From assembly GCA_913055675.1 (NCBI GenBank), contig CAJXKY010000001.1, forward strand, positions 11,094 through 75,093: 64,000 nucleotides of DNA, given 5' to 3'. Position numbers and translations under genes: made by a program. A model generated the notes under the pieces. That model made no database searches, was not told the origin of the DNA, and saw nothing but the letters and a program-made list of their open reading frames with translations. Origin of the DNA: an uncultured Halanaerobiales bacterium (GTDB lineage Bacteria > Bacillota > Halanaerobiia > Halanaerobiales > M55B127). Of the stretch, positions 39,302 through 49,158 are shown piece by piece (position 1 is the first letter of the stretch; every line of letters starts with the position of its first letter).

Positions 39302-40417
39302 ATGAATCAAAGAAATGATGAATATTATATGGAAAAAGCTTTAAAATTAGCAGCCCAAGGAGAAGGTTATACAAGTCCCAACCCATTAGTAGGTGCTGTT
39401 GTAGTTAAGGATGATGAGATTGTAGGTAAAGGTTACCATAAAAAAGCTGGTGAAGCACATGCCGAAGTTCATGCCCTTAATCAGGCTGGTGATAAAGCTG
39501 AAGGTGCTACTTTGTATGTTAATTTAGAGCCTTGCTGTCATCTAGGAAAAACCCCAGCCTGTTCTTTAAAAATAATAAATTCTAATATTTCCAGACTGGT
39601 AGTTGCTATGGAAGATCCTAACCCAATTGTAGCCGGTAAAGGTATTAAGGATCTTGAAGAAGCCGGTATTGAAATAAAAACTGGTGTTTTAGAACAAGAA
39701 GCAAAAAAGCTTAATGAAATATTTATAAAAAACATGACTGAACAAATGCCTTTTGTTTATTTAAAAACAGGTCAGACCCTTGATGGATATTTAGCTACTC
39801 GAACCGGACACTCAAGATGGGTTACTAATGAAGAAGCTCGAAAATATGGTCATCAAATGAGACATAAGGTAGATGGAATATTAGTTGGAATAGGCACTGT
39901 AGTTGGTGATAATCCGAATCTAACTACTAGATTAGATGATAAAGATGGTAAAGATCCAATTAGAATTGTATTAGATAGTAAACTTCAAACACCAAATGAT
40001 GCCAATATAATTAATGAAGATTCGGAAAGTCCTACCTTTATAATAACTACTGAAGACTATGATAGAGATAAATATGAAAAACTTAATAAATTAAATAATT
40101 TAAAAATAATCGTCTTATCTAAAGATGAAAATGGAAGAATTGATTTAAATCAATTGTTAAAAGAATTGTATAAAAAAGAGGTTACAAGTATTTTAATAGA
40201 AGGTGGAGGTACGGTTAATCATTCTTTTTTGAAAACAGGTCTTATAGATAAATTTTATTGTTTTGTTGCTCCTAAGATACTTGGAGGTAATGATGGAGTT
40301 CCTTCTTTTAGTGGTCCGGGAGTAGAAAAAATGAATAATGCATATCAGTTGGAAAATATAGAGTATGAATTTTTAGACGGTGATTTATTGTGTAAAGGTG
40401 AAATCAGAAAGGAGTGA
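39302..40417 (+). CDS. ribD: bifunctional diaminohydroxyphosphoribosylaminopyrimidine deaminase / 5-amino-6-(5-phosphoribosylamino)uracil reductase
   Basis: HAEVHAL...LEPCCHLGKTPAC deaminase Zn motif plus a RibD_C reductase domain. Confidence 0.95.
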   Translation: MNQRNDEYYMEKALKLAAQGEGYTSPNPLVGAVVVKDDEIVGKGYHKKAGEAHAEVHALNQAGDKAEGATLYVNLEPCCHLGKTPACSLKIINSNISRLVVAMEDPNPIVAGKGIKDLEEAGIEIKTGVLEQEAKKLNEIFIKNMTEQMPFVYLKTGQTLDGYLATRTGHSRWVTNEEARKYGHQMRHKVDGILVGIGTVVGDNPNLTTRLDDKDGKDPIRIVLDSKLQTPNDANIINEDSESPTFIITTEDYDRDKYEKLNKLNNLKIIVLSKDENGRIDLNQLLKELYKKEVTSILIEGGGTVNHSFLKTGLIDKFYCFVAPKILGGNDGVPSFSGPGVEKMNNAYQLENIEYEFLDGDLLCKGEIRKE

Positions 40418-40421
40418 TATT

Positions 40422-41075
40422 TTGTTTACTGGTATTGTTCAGGAAGTAGGAACGTTAAAAAGAAAAGTAAAAACAAGTGATAAATATAAATTAATTATTG
40501 AAGCGGAAGATTTTCTAGATGATGTATCTATTGGAGATAGCATTGCTGTAAATGGAGTTTGTTTAACTGTAGTTAAATTTAATTCTAATACTTTTACTGT
40601 AGATGTTATGCCTGAAACAGTCAAAGCTACTAATATTGAAGATGTTCATAATGGTACGCCCTTAAATTTAGAAAAATCATTACAACCCTATAATTTTATG
40701 GGAGGTCATATTGTTAGCGGCCATGTTGATGGGACTGGAATAGTTAAAAGTATTAAAAAGGAGAAAAACTCTCGATTGATTGATATCAAAGTTTCAGAGG
40801 GAGTCGCTAAATATATAGTTGATAAAGGTTCTGTTGCATTAAATGGAATAAGTTTAACTATTACTGAGCTTAAGGATAAATCTATAACTGTATCAATAAT
40901 TCCAGAGACTTGGAATAGTACGAACTTCAAATATCTAAAAACTGGTGATAAATTGAATATTGAGGTTGATGTAGTTGGGAAATATGTAGATAAGTTAATG
41001 AATAAAAAACAGAAAGAAAAAGAAAAGAAAGATAAGATAACAAAAGACCTATTAAGAGAAAATGGATTTATTTAA
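40422..41075 (+). CDS. ribE: riboflavin synthase alpha chain
   Basis: TTG start 7 nt after AAAGGAG. (M)FTGIVQEVG and duplicated lumazine-binding repeats (NGVCLTV / NGISLTI). Confidence 0.9.
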   Translation: MFTGIVQEVGTLKRKVKTSDKYKLIIEAEDFLDDVSIGDSIAVNGVCLTVVKFNSNTFTVDVMPETVKATNIEDVHNGTPLNLEKSLQPYNFMGGHIVSGHVDGTGIVKSIKKEKNSRLIDIKVSEGVAKYIVDKGSVALNGISLTITELKDKSITVSIIPETWNSTNFKYLKTGDKLNIEVDVVGKYVDKLMNKKQKEKEKKDKITKDLLRENGFI

Positions 41076-41090
41076 GAAGGAGAGATAATT

Positions 41091-42296
41091 ATGGATCAAA
41101 TTGAAGAAGCTATTGAAGATATAAAAAATGGTGAAATGGTCATTGTAGTAGACGATGAAGATAGAGAAAACGAGGGAGATCTTGTGATGGCAGCTCAAAA
41201 GGCTGATAAAGATAGTATTAACTTCATGATAAAAAAAGCTAGAGGATTAGTTTGTACACCTTTAGAAGAAGAAAGAATAAATGAACTAGATTTACCTCAA
41301 ATGGTTGAAAATAATACAGATAATCATGAAACAGCTTTTACAGTTTCAGTAGATTATAAAGATACAACTACAGGTATTTCTGCCCATGAAAGAGCACTTA
41401 CAATTAAGAAATTAGCTGATGATAATGCTCTAGCTCAAGACTTTAAAAGACCTGGTCATATTTTTCCCTTAACAGCTAGACAGGGAGGAGTATTAAGGCG
41501 AGCAGGGCATACAGAAGCAGCTGTTGATCTTGCTAAATTAGCTGGCTTAAAACCAGCAGGAGTTATCTGTGAAATAATTAAAGAAGATGGTAGTATGGCC
41601 AGAATGCCGGAACTTAAAGAGTTTGCAAAAAAATATAATCTTAAAATGATTACCATAGAAGATTTAATTAAATATAGAAAGAAAAAAGATAAATTAGTTC
41701 GTAAAGAAGCAGATGCAGAATTACCGACTAAGTTTGGTGATTTTAATATAGAAATATTTACAACTGAAGTTGACAATAAAGAACATATTGCTATCATTAA
41801 AGGAGATGTAAAAGGTAAAGAAGATGTTTTAGTCCGTGTACATTCTCAATGTATAACTGGAGATATATTTGGCTCTCTGAGATGTGATTGTGGGCAACAA
41901 CTAGCTGCTGCTCTTCAAATGATTGAAGAAGAAGGTGAAGGAGTAGTATTATATATGCGGCAAGAAGGTAGAGGTATAGGACTTAAAAACAAAATTAAAG
42001 CATACTCTTTACAGGATGAAGGTATGGATACTGTTGAAGCTAATGAAGCATTGGGTTTTAAGCCAGATTTAAGAGATTATGGTATTGGAGCTCAAATCTT
42101 GTCCGAACTTGGACTTCATACATTAAGATTAATAACAAACAACCCGAAAAAAGTTATAGGTTTAGAGGGTTATGGTTTGAAGATTACTGAACGAATTCCA
42201 TTAGAAATAGAGCCGAATGAAGAAAATGAGTTTTACTTAAAAGTGAAAAAAGATAAGATGGGACATCTGTTAGATTTGGACACAAATAATAATTAA
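41091..42296 (+). CDS. ribBA: bifunctional 3,4-dihydroxy-2-butanone-4-phosphate synthase / GTP cyclohydrolase II
   Basis: [30 protein letters not shown]...CDCG. Confidence 0.95.
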   Translation: MDQIEEAIEDIKNGEMVIVVDDEDRENEGDLVMAAQKADKDSINFMIKKARGLVCTPLEEERINELDLPQMVENNTDNHETAFTVSVDYKDTTTGISAHERALTIKKLADDNALAQDFKRPGHIFPLTARQGGVLRRAGHTEAAVDLAKLAGLKPAGVICEIIKEDGSMARMPELKEFAKKYNLKMITIEDLIKYRKKKDKLVRKEADAELPTKFGDFNIEIFTTEVDNKEHIAIIKGDVKGKEDVLVRVHSQCITGDIFGSLRCDCGQQLAAALQMIEEEGEGVVLYMRQEGRGIGLKNKIKAYSLQDEGMDTVEANEALGFKPDLRDYGIGAQILSELGLHTLRLITNNPKKVIGLEGYGLKITERIPLEIEPNEENEFYLKVKKDKMGHLLDLDTNNN

Positions 42297-42308
42297 CGGA
42301 GGGTTAAT

Positions 42309-42776
42309 ATGACAAAAGTATATGAGGGAAAATTAGTAGGAGATAAACAGAAGGTCGGAATTGTTGTAGGAAGATTTAATGAATTTATCTCAGGTAAATT
42401 ATTAGAAGGTGCATTAGACGGCTTAAAAAGACATAATGTAAATGAAGAGGATATTGAAGTAGCCTGGGTCCCTGGATCTTTTGAAATACCTTTAACAGCT
42501 AAAAAAATGGCTAATACTGGTAAATATGATGGCATAATTTGTTTAGGTGCAGTTATTAGAGGAGAAACCCCTCACTTTGAATATGTTTCTGCTGAAGTAT
42601 CTAAGGGAGTTGCAAATGTAAGTTTGGATTCTGAGACTCCTGTTATATTTGGAGTTCTTACAACAGATACGATAGAACAAGCAATTTCTAGAGCTGGTAC
42701 AAAATCGGGTAACAAAGGTTTTGAAGCTGCTTTATCATTAATTGAAATGGTTAACCTTTTTGATGAAATAGAGTAA
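42309..42776 (+). CDS. ribH: 6,7-dimethyl-8-ribityllumazine synthase
   Basis: 155 aa with [31 protein letters not shown]. Confidence 0.95.
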   Translation: MTKVYEGKLVGDKQKVGIVVGRFNEFISGKLLEGALDGLKRHNVNEEDIEVAWVPGSFEIPLTAKKMANTGKYDGIICLGAVIRGETPHFEYVSAEVSKGVANVSLDSETPVIFGVLTTDTIEQAISRAGTKSGNKGFEAALSLIEMVNLFDEIE

Positions 42777-42793
42777 ATATTAATATCTGAAGT

Positions 42794-42826
42794 TGGGGCT
42801 AACTTTAACAGTTAGTCCTTTTTTTA
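42794..42826 (+). terminator. rho-independent terminator of rib operon
   Basis: GGGCTAAC / GTTAGTCC stem followed by TTTTTTT. Confidence 0.7.
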
Positions 42827-42920
42827 TTTTGAACACAAAATAATAATATGGAAGTTAAATTTAAAAAGTGATATAATAAATTTAGGTTTATACATAAATA
42901 TTTGAAGGGGGTTTTTACAA

Positions 42921-43721
42921 TTGAATAGTGATGTTATTGATTATGAAGTGCTTGGAGATGATATGCAGGTTGTTGAAATCGAATTAGATCCACAGGAAAC
43001 AGTAATTGCTGAAGCAGGTGGAATGAATTGGATGGACAGTGGAATTGACTATGAAGCCAAAATGGGAGATGGAACAGAACTTAACCAATCAGTTTTAAAT
43101 AAAGTTTTTGGAGCCGGAAAAAGATTAATAAGTGGTGAGTCGATATTTTTAACACATTTTACAAATCGAAAAACCATAAAGAGTAAAATCGCTTTTGCAG
43201 CTCCATATCCAGGTAAAATAATTCCATTAGAACTTTCTGAACTGCCTAATAATACTTTTACCTGCCAAAAAGATGCCTTTCTCTGTGCAGCAAAGGGAAC
43301 TAAATTAGATATAACTTTTAATAAAAGAATAGGAACCGGTTTGTTTGGTGGAGAAGGTTTTATTTTAGAGAAAATTTCAGGAGATGGACGAGTTTTTCTT
43401 CATGCTGGAGGAACTGTGGTAAAAAAAGAGTTGGATGGAGAAATGTTGAAAGTTGATACTGGATGTTTAGTTGGTTTTACTGATGGAATTGATTATAATA
43501 TCCAAAAAGCTGGCAAATTAAAAACAATGTTGTTTGGTGGAGAAGGTTTGTTTTTAGCTAAACTACATGGTAAAGGTACAGTTTACCTACAAAGTTTACC
43601 GTTCTCAAGATTAGCGGATAGAATACTTAAAAGTGCACCTCGTATGGGCGGAAATAAAAAAGGTGAAGGATCTGTTTTAGGTAAAATTGGTGGTTTTATT
43701 GATGGCGATAATTTTATATAA
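42921..43721 (+). CDS. TIGR00266/AIM24 family protein
   Basis: TTG start. Motifs [42 protein letters not shown]. Confidence 0.8.
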   Translation: MNSDVIDYEVLGDDMQVVEIELDPQETVIAEAGGMNWMDSGIDYEAKMGDGTELNQSVLNKVFGAGKRLISGESIFLTHFTNRKTIKSKIAFAAPYPGKIIPLELSELPNNTFTCQKDAFLCAAKGTKLDITFNKRIGTGLFGGEGFILEKISGDGRVFLHAGGTVVKKELDGEMLKVDTGCLVGFTDGIDYNIQKAGKLKTMLFGGEGLFLAKLHGKGTVYLQSLPFSRLADRILKSAPRMGGNKKGEGSVLGKIGGFIDGDNFI

Positions 43722-43732
43722 TTTTTTAACAT

Positions 43733-43766
43733 AAAAAAAGTCCCTTAGAATTTTAAGGGACTTTTC
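43733..43766. terminator. bidirectional rho-independent terminator
   Basis: AAAAAAAGTCCCTTA-GAATTT-TAAGGGACTTTT between convergent genes. Confidence 0.8.
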
Positions 43767-43805
43767 AGTATGCTTTAAAAAAATATTTGAGTAATATAGA
43801 AGGTA

Positions 43806-44996
43806 TCAAGTTAAAAATTGAATGATATTGAATATAACATTGGCACTTATACCTGCAACAAGACCTCCAATAAAATGACTACTAATAGCTGTAGAAATTA
43901 GTTTTCTGCGGTTAAGGGCATCCATCATAGCAACATGAGTGCTAAGAAAACCACTCCAACACATCCCCATGGCAGTAAATACAGCAATTTCATTAGGACC
44001 AATAATGTTTTCTGCTAAGAATTTAGGGATTAAACTTAATGCAGCTCCTACTGCTCCCAGTGCTGTTATGGGAAAAGCAATTGCTTCCGGATTACTAAAG
44101 CCAAAAAGAGGTTTTAAAATAGGAGATAGAATATTACCGATTTGAGGAAGCAGTCTAACTCCCTCAAAAGCATTACCTTGATATCCTGCTTCAGGTGGAC
44201 CAAAGGTTAATATCATGATTATAGTACAGATTACAACTACTCCTGGAATAATACTGAGTCCTATATCTACTCCCAACTTTCCTCCTTCTAGCATTGCACT
44301 CAAAGCTCTTTCCATAAAATTTTCATTAGCTTCACTTGGTTTCTTTTTATTTAAAAAGTTTCGTTCTTCTACATTATCTAACTTTTCTTTATTTAAATGT
44401 TCTTTATAGTTTTTATCTATGCCCATCTGTTTTTTAACTCGGTAATTCATAATTCTAACACTTACTATACTACCCATAATAGCTCCTAAATTACCAATCA
44501 AGGCTTCTTTCATAAATCCTAGACCCGCCATAAAGGTAGTCAGTATTAGACCCATACCAAAGGCAGTCCCAAGATTACATAAAGAAGGAACTTCATGCTT
44601 TTTAAAATACCCAAGATACCCTTCTTCTTTAGCTAAGGAAATTATGGCTGGATTATCTGAAAGATATGTAGTTATAGTACCTAAAAAAGAAACCCCAGGT
44701 AGATTATATAGAGGTCTCATTAGGGGAGCAAATAGTTTATTTAGTAAAAATATTAAACCAAATTCGGTTGCCATTTTTCCAAAAGCTCCTGCGAGAACCG
44801 CTATCGCCATAATGTAAAAAACAGTATCCATTAATAGTTTGTATGCAGTTTCCATAAGAGTAGAAAACATATTTCCTATTCCCATCTGGCTTCCAACATA
44901 ACCGAAGAATAAAAAAATTAAGGCTAAAAATATGATAGTGTCACTATATTTTTTTTGAAAAGAAACTACAGGATTATTTTTTTGCAAAATTAACAC
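43806..44996 (-). CDS. polytopic membrane protein, possibly nucleoside-recognition (Gate) domain transporter
   Basis: 396 aa with two hydrophobic halves separated by a charged loop. The family assignment is from memory only and the exact start is uncertain (TTG at 44987 is also possible). Confidence 0.5.
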   Translation of the reverse strand: MLILQKNNPVVSFQKKYSDTIIFLALIFLFFGYVGSQMGIGNMFSTLMETAYKLLMDTVFYIMAIAVLAGAFGKMATEFGLIFLLNKLFAPLMRPLYNLPGVSFLGTITTYLSDNPAIISLAKEEGYLGYFKKHEVPSLCNLGTAFGMGLILTTFMAGLGFMKEALIGNLGAIMGSIVSVRIMNYRVKKQMGIDKNYKEHLNKEKLDNVEERNFLNKKKPSEANENFMERALSAMLEGGKLGVDIGLSIIPGVVVICTIIMILTFGPPEAGYQGNAFEGVRLLPQIGNILSPILKPLFGFSNPEAIAFPITALGAVGAALSLIPKFLAENIIGPNEIAVFTAMGMCWSGFLSTHVAMMDALNRRKLISTAISSHFIGGLVAGISANVIFNIIQFLT

Positions 44997-45246
44997 TCCA
45001 TTTATATAAATAATATATTCACATACAGGTCATATTATAATATATTTATATTATGAATACAATAATGAATTAAAATTATTGTTGTGAATTAAGAGTGAAA
45101 AACAAAGTTGACAAAATTACTCAAGTATGATATATTTATATTAACAAATCAAATAAATAATGATTTTAAACAGATAAATTTATAAATAGTATTTAAATAA
45201 TTATATGGTAAGTAATAAATCTTATTACAAAGAGGGAGGATATATT

Positions 45247-45405
45247 ATGTTTTACAATAAAAAAGGAAAGTTAAATGAGTTTAATGATTCAAATAATAGA
45301 AATCAGGGTGTCGATGTAAATAAATCTAATAATTCATTATTGTTTTTTCACCCATTAGCTTGGACAAGCCTATGTGCCGATGATAATCAGAACTGTAAAG
45401 TATAG
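45247..45405 (+). pseudogene. truncated peroxiredoxin paralog (ends just after the peroxidatic Cys)
   Basis: LLFFHPLAWTSLCADD aligns with LLSFHPLAWTSVCAKQ of the intact 33643 gene. Only ~52 aa remain of ~153. Confidence 0.6.
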
Positions 45406-45439
45406 TTTATAATTTGACAAATAAATATAAGACCCATCA

Positions 45440-45467
45440 ATACCGCCTTTGTGCGGTATTTTTTTTA
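45440..45467 (+). terminator. rho-independent terminator
   Basis: ATACCGC-CTTTGT-GCGGTAT followed by TTTTTTTT. Confidence 0.7.
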
Positions 45468-45539
45468 TTTTAAAGTACAGCATTACCTTGAGGGGAGGAT
45501 TCTCCCTTCAAGTCGAAAATTTGTTAATCATTCCATCTC

Positions 45540-46675
45540 GTTTTGTCTATATAAATCGGGTTCGCTCAAACTCCCAATAATCCAACTGATTTTGACTCTT
45601 TTCTAACTAGGTTTAAAACCCTTATCCATAACAATGCAAAACTTGTCTTTGGACTCGAAGATACCCAGGGACTAGGCCATTCACTCGCACAATGGTTAAT
45701 TAAAAAAGACTATACTGTTAAAGAAATCAATCCTGTTCAAGCTAAAAGAAAAAGAAAACAAAGTACTTCTCCTGACAAGTCCGATAAAGTTGATACAGAA
45801 GCTATTGCAAACGTTCTTTTAAACAAATGACGCCAATTTTAAGGCTATTAGAAAGCTTAACAACTAAAGAAAGAATTTAGTCAAAGCACAAACCAGGGTT
45901 AAAAACAGATTACATAACCTCATTCATCAACAGTATCCAGAATATAAGAAGTTTTTCAGTGATCCTTTCGGGAAAACGGCTTTAGCCTTTTGGAATAAAT
46001 ACCCTCACCCAAATGAATTAAAGCATATTGGTGAAAAAAGATTAAATAACTTTTTGAAAAAACAGGCCAAGAGTATTTCCAATGATAAAGCTTCTCATAT
46101 CCTTTCTCTGGTAAATAAGGATAAATCTCAAGTAATTTCTACTGAAACCAGAAAATCTTTAATATCGATGCTCATCAAACAGTTAAAACTGATCAGCCAA
46201 AATCTTGTAGAAATAAATCATCTACTGAAAAAATCAGTAGAAAGTAGTCAGTATAAGCTTACTACCATGCCGAATATTGATTTTAAATTAGCTGCCTTAT
46301 TTATTTCCAATATCAAAAATATCGATCGTTTTGACTCTGCTGATCAATTAGCTTGTTATGCAGGATTAGCACCGGTAGAATATAGTTCGGGCAAATCTCA
46401 AAAATCAACTTCCAAAAAATATGGCTGTCGGGACCTTAATAATGTCTTCTATATCCTTGCTCTACAGCAAATCGGTAGTTACAAAAACGGTCGAATTAAA
46501 AACCCGGTCGCTTATAACTATTATCAAAAAAGTTTAAAGAAGGCAAATCTAAAAAAACAGCTCTTACCTGTTTACAAAGAAGATTAGTTGATATTATCTA
46601 TGCTATGATGAGGGATAGATCTGTTTATGAATTACCTGAAATACCCAACTATGAAATTTTAAATACAGTTGTTTA
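45540..46675 (+). mobile_element. decayed IS110-family transposase gene (several frameshifts/stops, N-terminus eroded)
   Basis: Fragments lie in three frames. Fragment 1: LVFGLEDTQGLGHSLAQWL...EINPVQAKRKRK..KSDKVDTEAIANVLL, then stop. Fragment 2: RVKNRLHNLIHQQYPEY...LTTMPNIDFKLAALFISNI...FDSADQLACYAGLAPVEYSSGKS. Fragment 3: ALTCLQRRLVDIIYAMMRD. Confidence 0.8.
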
Positions 46676-46912
46676 ACCGGGTATTTAAAACACTTATATA
46701 AAGACTTTAATGCTTAAAAAATTAAATATCTACTCCTTGAGGATAGCTTTGTGATTATTTAAAATTAATACCTACTTATTTCCATTATTTAACTTTTTAT
46801 TGAATGTCTATTTAAAAAATGGCTAGGTATATCCCCTACTTACGTTGAAAGATATTTATCAATTTGTATATATTTTCAAACTATTTGCAAAAAATATTTA
46901 AAGTTTTGCAGG

Positions 46913-46930
46913 AATATCAAATTTGATATT
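46913..46930. promoter_or_regulatory. perfect 18-bp palindrome (candidate operator)
   Basis: AATATCAAATTTGATATT is its own reverse complement. Confidence 0.4.
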
Positions 46931-46952
46931 GAATTTTGCTTACAGAGATAAA

Positions 46953-46966
46953 TATAATCGATTACA
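46953..46966. promoter_or_regulatory. LacI/CcpA-type operator-like palindrome
   Basis: TATAATCGATTACA has one mismatch from the TGTAATCGATTACA-type palindrome. A half-site CGATTACA recurs at 47197-47204 next to the AOR RBS. Confidence 0.4.
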
Positions 46967-47222
46967 TAATTTTTACATATGAATAGATTAGTCATTTTAT
47001 ATGCAGAATTATATTATTATTTTTAATTATATTATTATAAAAGAAATTAAAAACAGTATAGATGTTGTCATAATAGTCAAAACACCTTTTTTAATAAATC
47101 ATAATAGTAATTAGTATAAGTTTTAGATTTTTAATTACATTTAATTATGATCTTAAAAAACGCTTTAAAAATTATATTTATTGTTCAAAATAAAAACGAT
47201 TACATAATAAGGAGATGGTAAT

Positions 47223-49097
47223 ATTAAATTTACCGCTTATGTTAACTTAACCACAAAAGAAATTCAAGTAAAGGAAACCCCGATAGAGTTAATAAAAAAA
47301 TATTTAGGAAGCAGAGGATATGCTGCAAAAATATTATACGATAATGTTGGGTTAGAGATTGAGCCCTTATCAGAAGATAATTTATTAATTTTCTCTCCTG
47401 GACTTTTATCTGGTACACCTTGGCCTACTGGAGCTCGTTATACAGTTACTGCTAAATCTCCTTTAACAGGAGCTTATGGATATTCTAATTCTTCAGGTCA
47501 TTTTGGACCAGAATTAAGAAAAGCAGGTTTTGCAGCTATAGTATTTGAAGGTAAATCTGAAAAACCTGTATATCTTAAAATAGAGGATGAAAATCTTGAA
47601 TTACTAGAAGCTACTGATTATTGGGGTAAAAATGCGTTAGAAACCGAAAAATTACTTAAAGAAAAACATGATGGTTCAAAAGTTGCTGCTATCGGGCAAG
47701 CAGGAGAAAATTTAGTCAAAGTATCTTCTGTAATAAATGACGGTGGAAGAGCAGCTGCTCGCTGTGGTCTAGGGGCAGTAATGGGTTATAAAAATTTGAA
47801 GGCTTTAGTAGTAAATGCTTCTCAGGAAGTAAATTACTCACAAGAATTTAAAGATAAAGCAATAGAAAAAATGAAAAAGGCAGGTACTCATCCCGGCTCG
47901 AAAAGTCTTCGTAAATGGGGAACAGTAGAATTGGTAGATCCCAAAAATCAAAGTGGAGACCTACCAACAAGAAATCACCAATCAGGACAATTTAATTATG
48001 CGGATAAAGTTAATGCAAAAGCTCTGGATAATTATGTATATCAAAATACCGGTTGTTATTCTTGTCCAATCAGATGTTCTAGACTTTCAAAAGTAGAAAA
48101 TGGCGATTATCAGGCCGAAATTGAAGGGCCTGAATATGAAACTATAAATTCAATGGGCCCAATGGTTGATAACCATGATATGGAATTAATAATTTATGCA
48201 AATAAATTGTGTAATGAATATGGAATTGATACAATTTCTACTGGAGTAATAATAAGTTTTGCTATGGAATGTCATGAAAAGGGAATTTTAGATGATGAAG
48301 AATTAAGTTTAGAATGGGGCGATAAAGAAACTATTACTGAACTAATAAAGAAAATTGCTTTTAGAGAAGGTTTAGGCGATTTATTGGCTGAAGGATGTTA
48401 CAGGGCTGCAAAAAAAATAGGTCAGGGAGCTGAAGAATTAGCCATGCATGTCAAAAAAATGGAAATACCAATGCAAGAGCCCCGTGCTTCAAAAGCTATG
48501 GGGCTTGGACATGCTACTTCAAATAGAGGTGCCGATCACTTATATGGCTTACCTACTATTGATTTAACAGGTAATGTGGAGGTGGCCGAAAAATACTTCT
48601 CTGAATATATGCCACAGATCCTTGAAGTGTACTCTCAAAAATATAAACCAGAAATGCTGAGTTTTACTCAAGAGTATAATGCTATTTCTGATGCTTTAGG
48701 AGTATGTAAATTTTCAACTACTGAAAATTTCGCACTTTTACCTGAAGATATCGCAGAGGGTATCAGTCTATTAAGAGAGGATCTTGATTTTGATGAAGAA
48801 GAATTACTTAAAGCTGGTGAAAGAATAATTAATTTAGAAAGAATGTACAATTATCGACATGGTATGACAAGGAGTGCAGATAATTTACCGGAGAGATTTT
48901 TAAAAGACTCTTTGAATATTTATGAAGTTGAAAAAGATAATAAATTAACAGATAAGGTAGTGGTAGAGAATCTAAAAGTAGATCTTGATCAAATGCTTGA
49001 TATATATTATCAGTTAAGAGGTTGGAATCAAAAGGGAGTTCCTACTGAAGAAAAATTAAAAGAACTAGATATGGAAGAATTAATTAAAGATCTTTAA
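47223..49097 (+). CDS. aldehyde:ferredoxin oxidoreductase family protein (tungstopterin type), paralog 1, with a non-canonical ATT start or a 5' defect
   Basis: AOR homology (YLGSRGYAAKILYD..., GCYSCPIRC, EGPEYET, DTIS) is open in frame from 47211. There is no ATG/GTG/TTG in that frame before 47781. ATT 47223 lies 8 nt after AAGGAG (47209-14). Confidence 0.7.
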   Translation: MKFTAYVNLTTKEIQVKETPIELIKKYLGSRGYAAKILYDNVGLEIEPLSEDNLLIFSPGLLSGTPWPTGARYTVTAKSPLTGAYGYSNSSGHFGPELRKAGFAAIVFEGKSEKPVYLKIEDENLELLEATDYWGKNALETEKLLKEKHDGSKVAAIGQAGENLVKVSSVINDGGRAAARCGLGAVMGYKNLKALVVNASQEVNYSQEFKDKAIEKMKKAGTHPGSKSLRKWGTVELVDPKNQSGDLPTRNHQSGQFNYADKVNAKALDNYVYQNTGCYSCPIRCSRLSKVENGDYQAEIEGPEYETINSMGPMVDNHDMELIIYANKLCNEYGIDTISTGVIISFAMECHEKGILDDEELSLEWGDKETITELIKKIAFREGLGDLLAEGCYRAAKKIGQGAEELAMHVKKMEIPMQEPRASKAMGLGHATSNRGADHLYGLPTIDLTGNVEVAEKYFSEYMPQILEVYSQKYKPEMLSFTQEYNAISDALGVCKFSTTENFALLPEDIAEGISLLREDLDFDEEELLKAGERIINLERMYNYRHGMTRSADNLPERFLKDSLNIYEVEKDNKLTDKVVVENLKVDLDQMLDIYYQLRGWNQKGVPTEEKLKELDMEELIKDL

Positions 49098-49158
49098 AAA
49101 CTCGATTCAAAATAATGAGTTGAAGATAAATGTTTTTAAAAAGTATGGAGTGTTAAAA

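Noticed and set aside
45205-45405. 66-aa ORF as a bona fide new small redox protein
   Set aside because: It aligns with only the first third of the peroxiredoxin fold and stops 12 codons after the active-site Cys, next to an IS remnant. A truncated pseudogene is the simpler reading, although it retains an RBS and a terminator.
47215-47250. Single-G deletion after ATG 47215 as the explanation for the AOR-1 start problem
   Set aside because: ATG 47215 directly abuts the AAGGAG SD (zero spacing), so it is a poor initiator even if it were in frame. The in-frame ATT at 47223 has ideal 8-nt spacing. I kept the frameshift only as an alternative in the finding.
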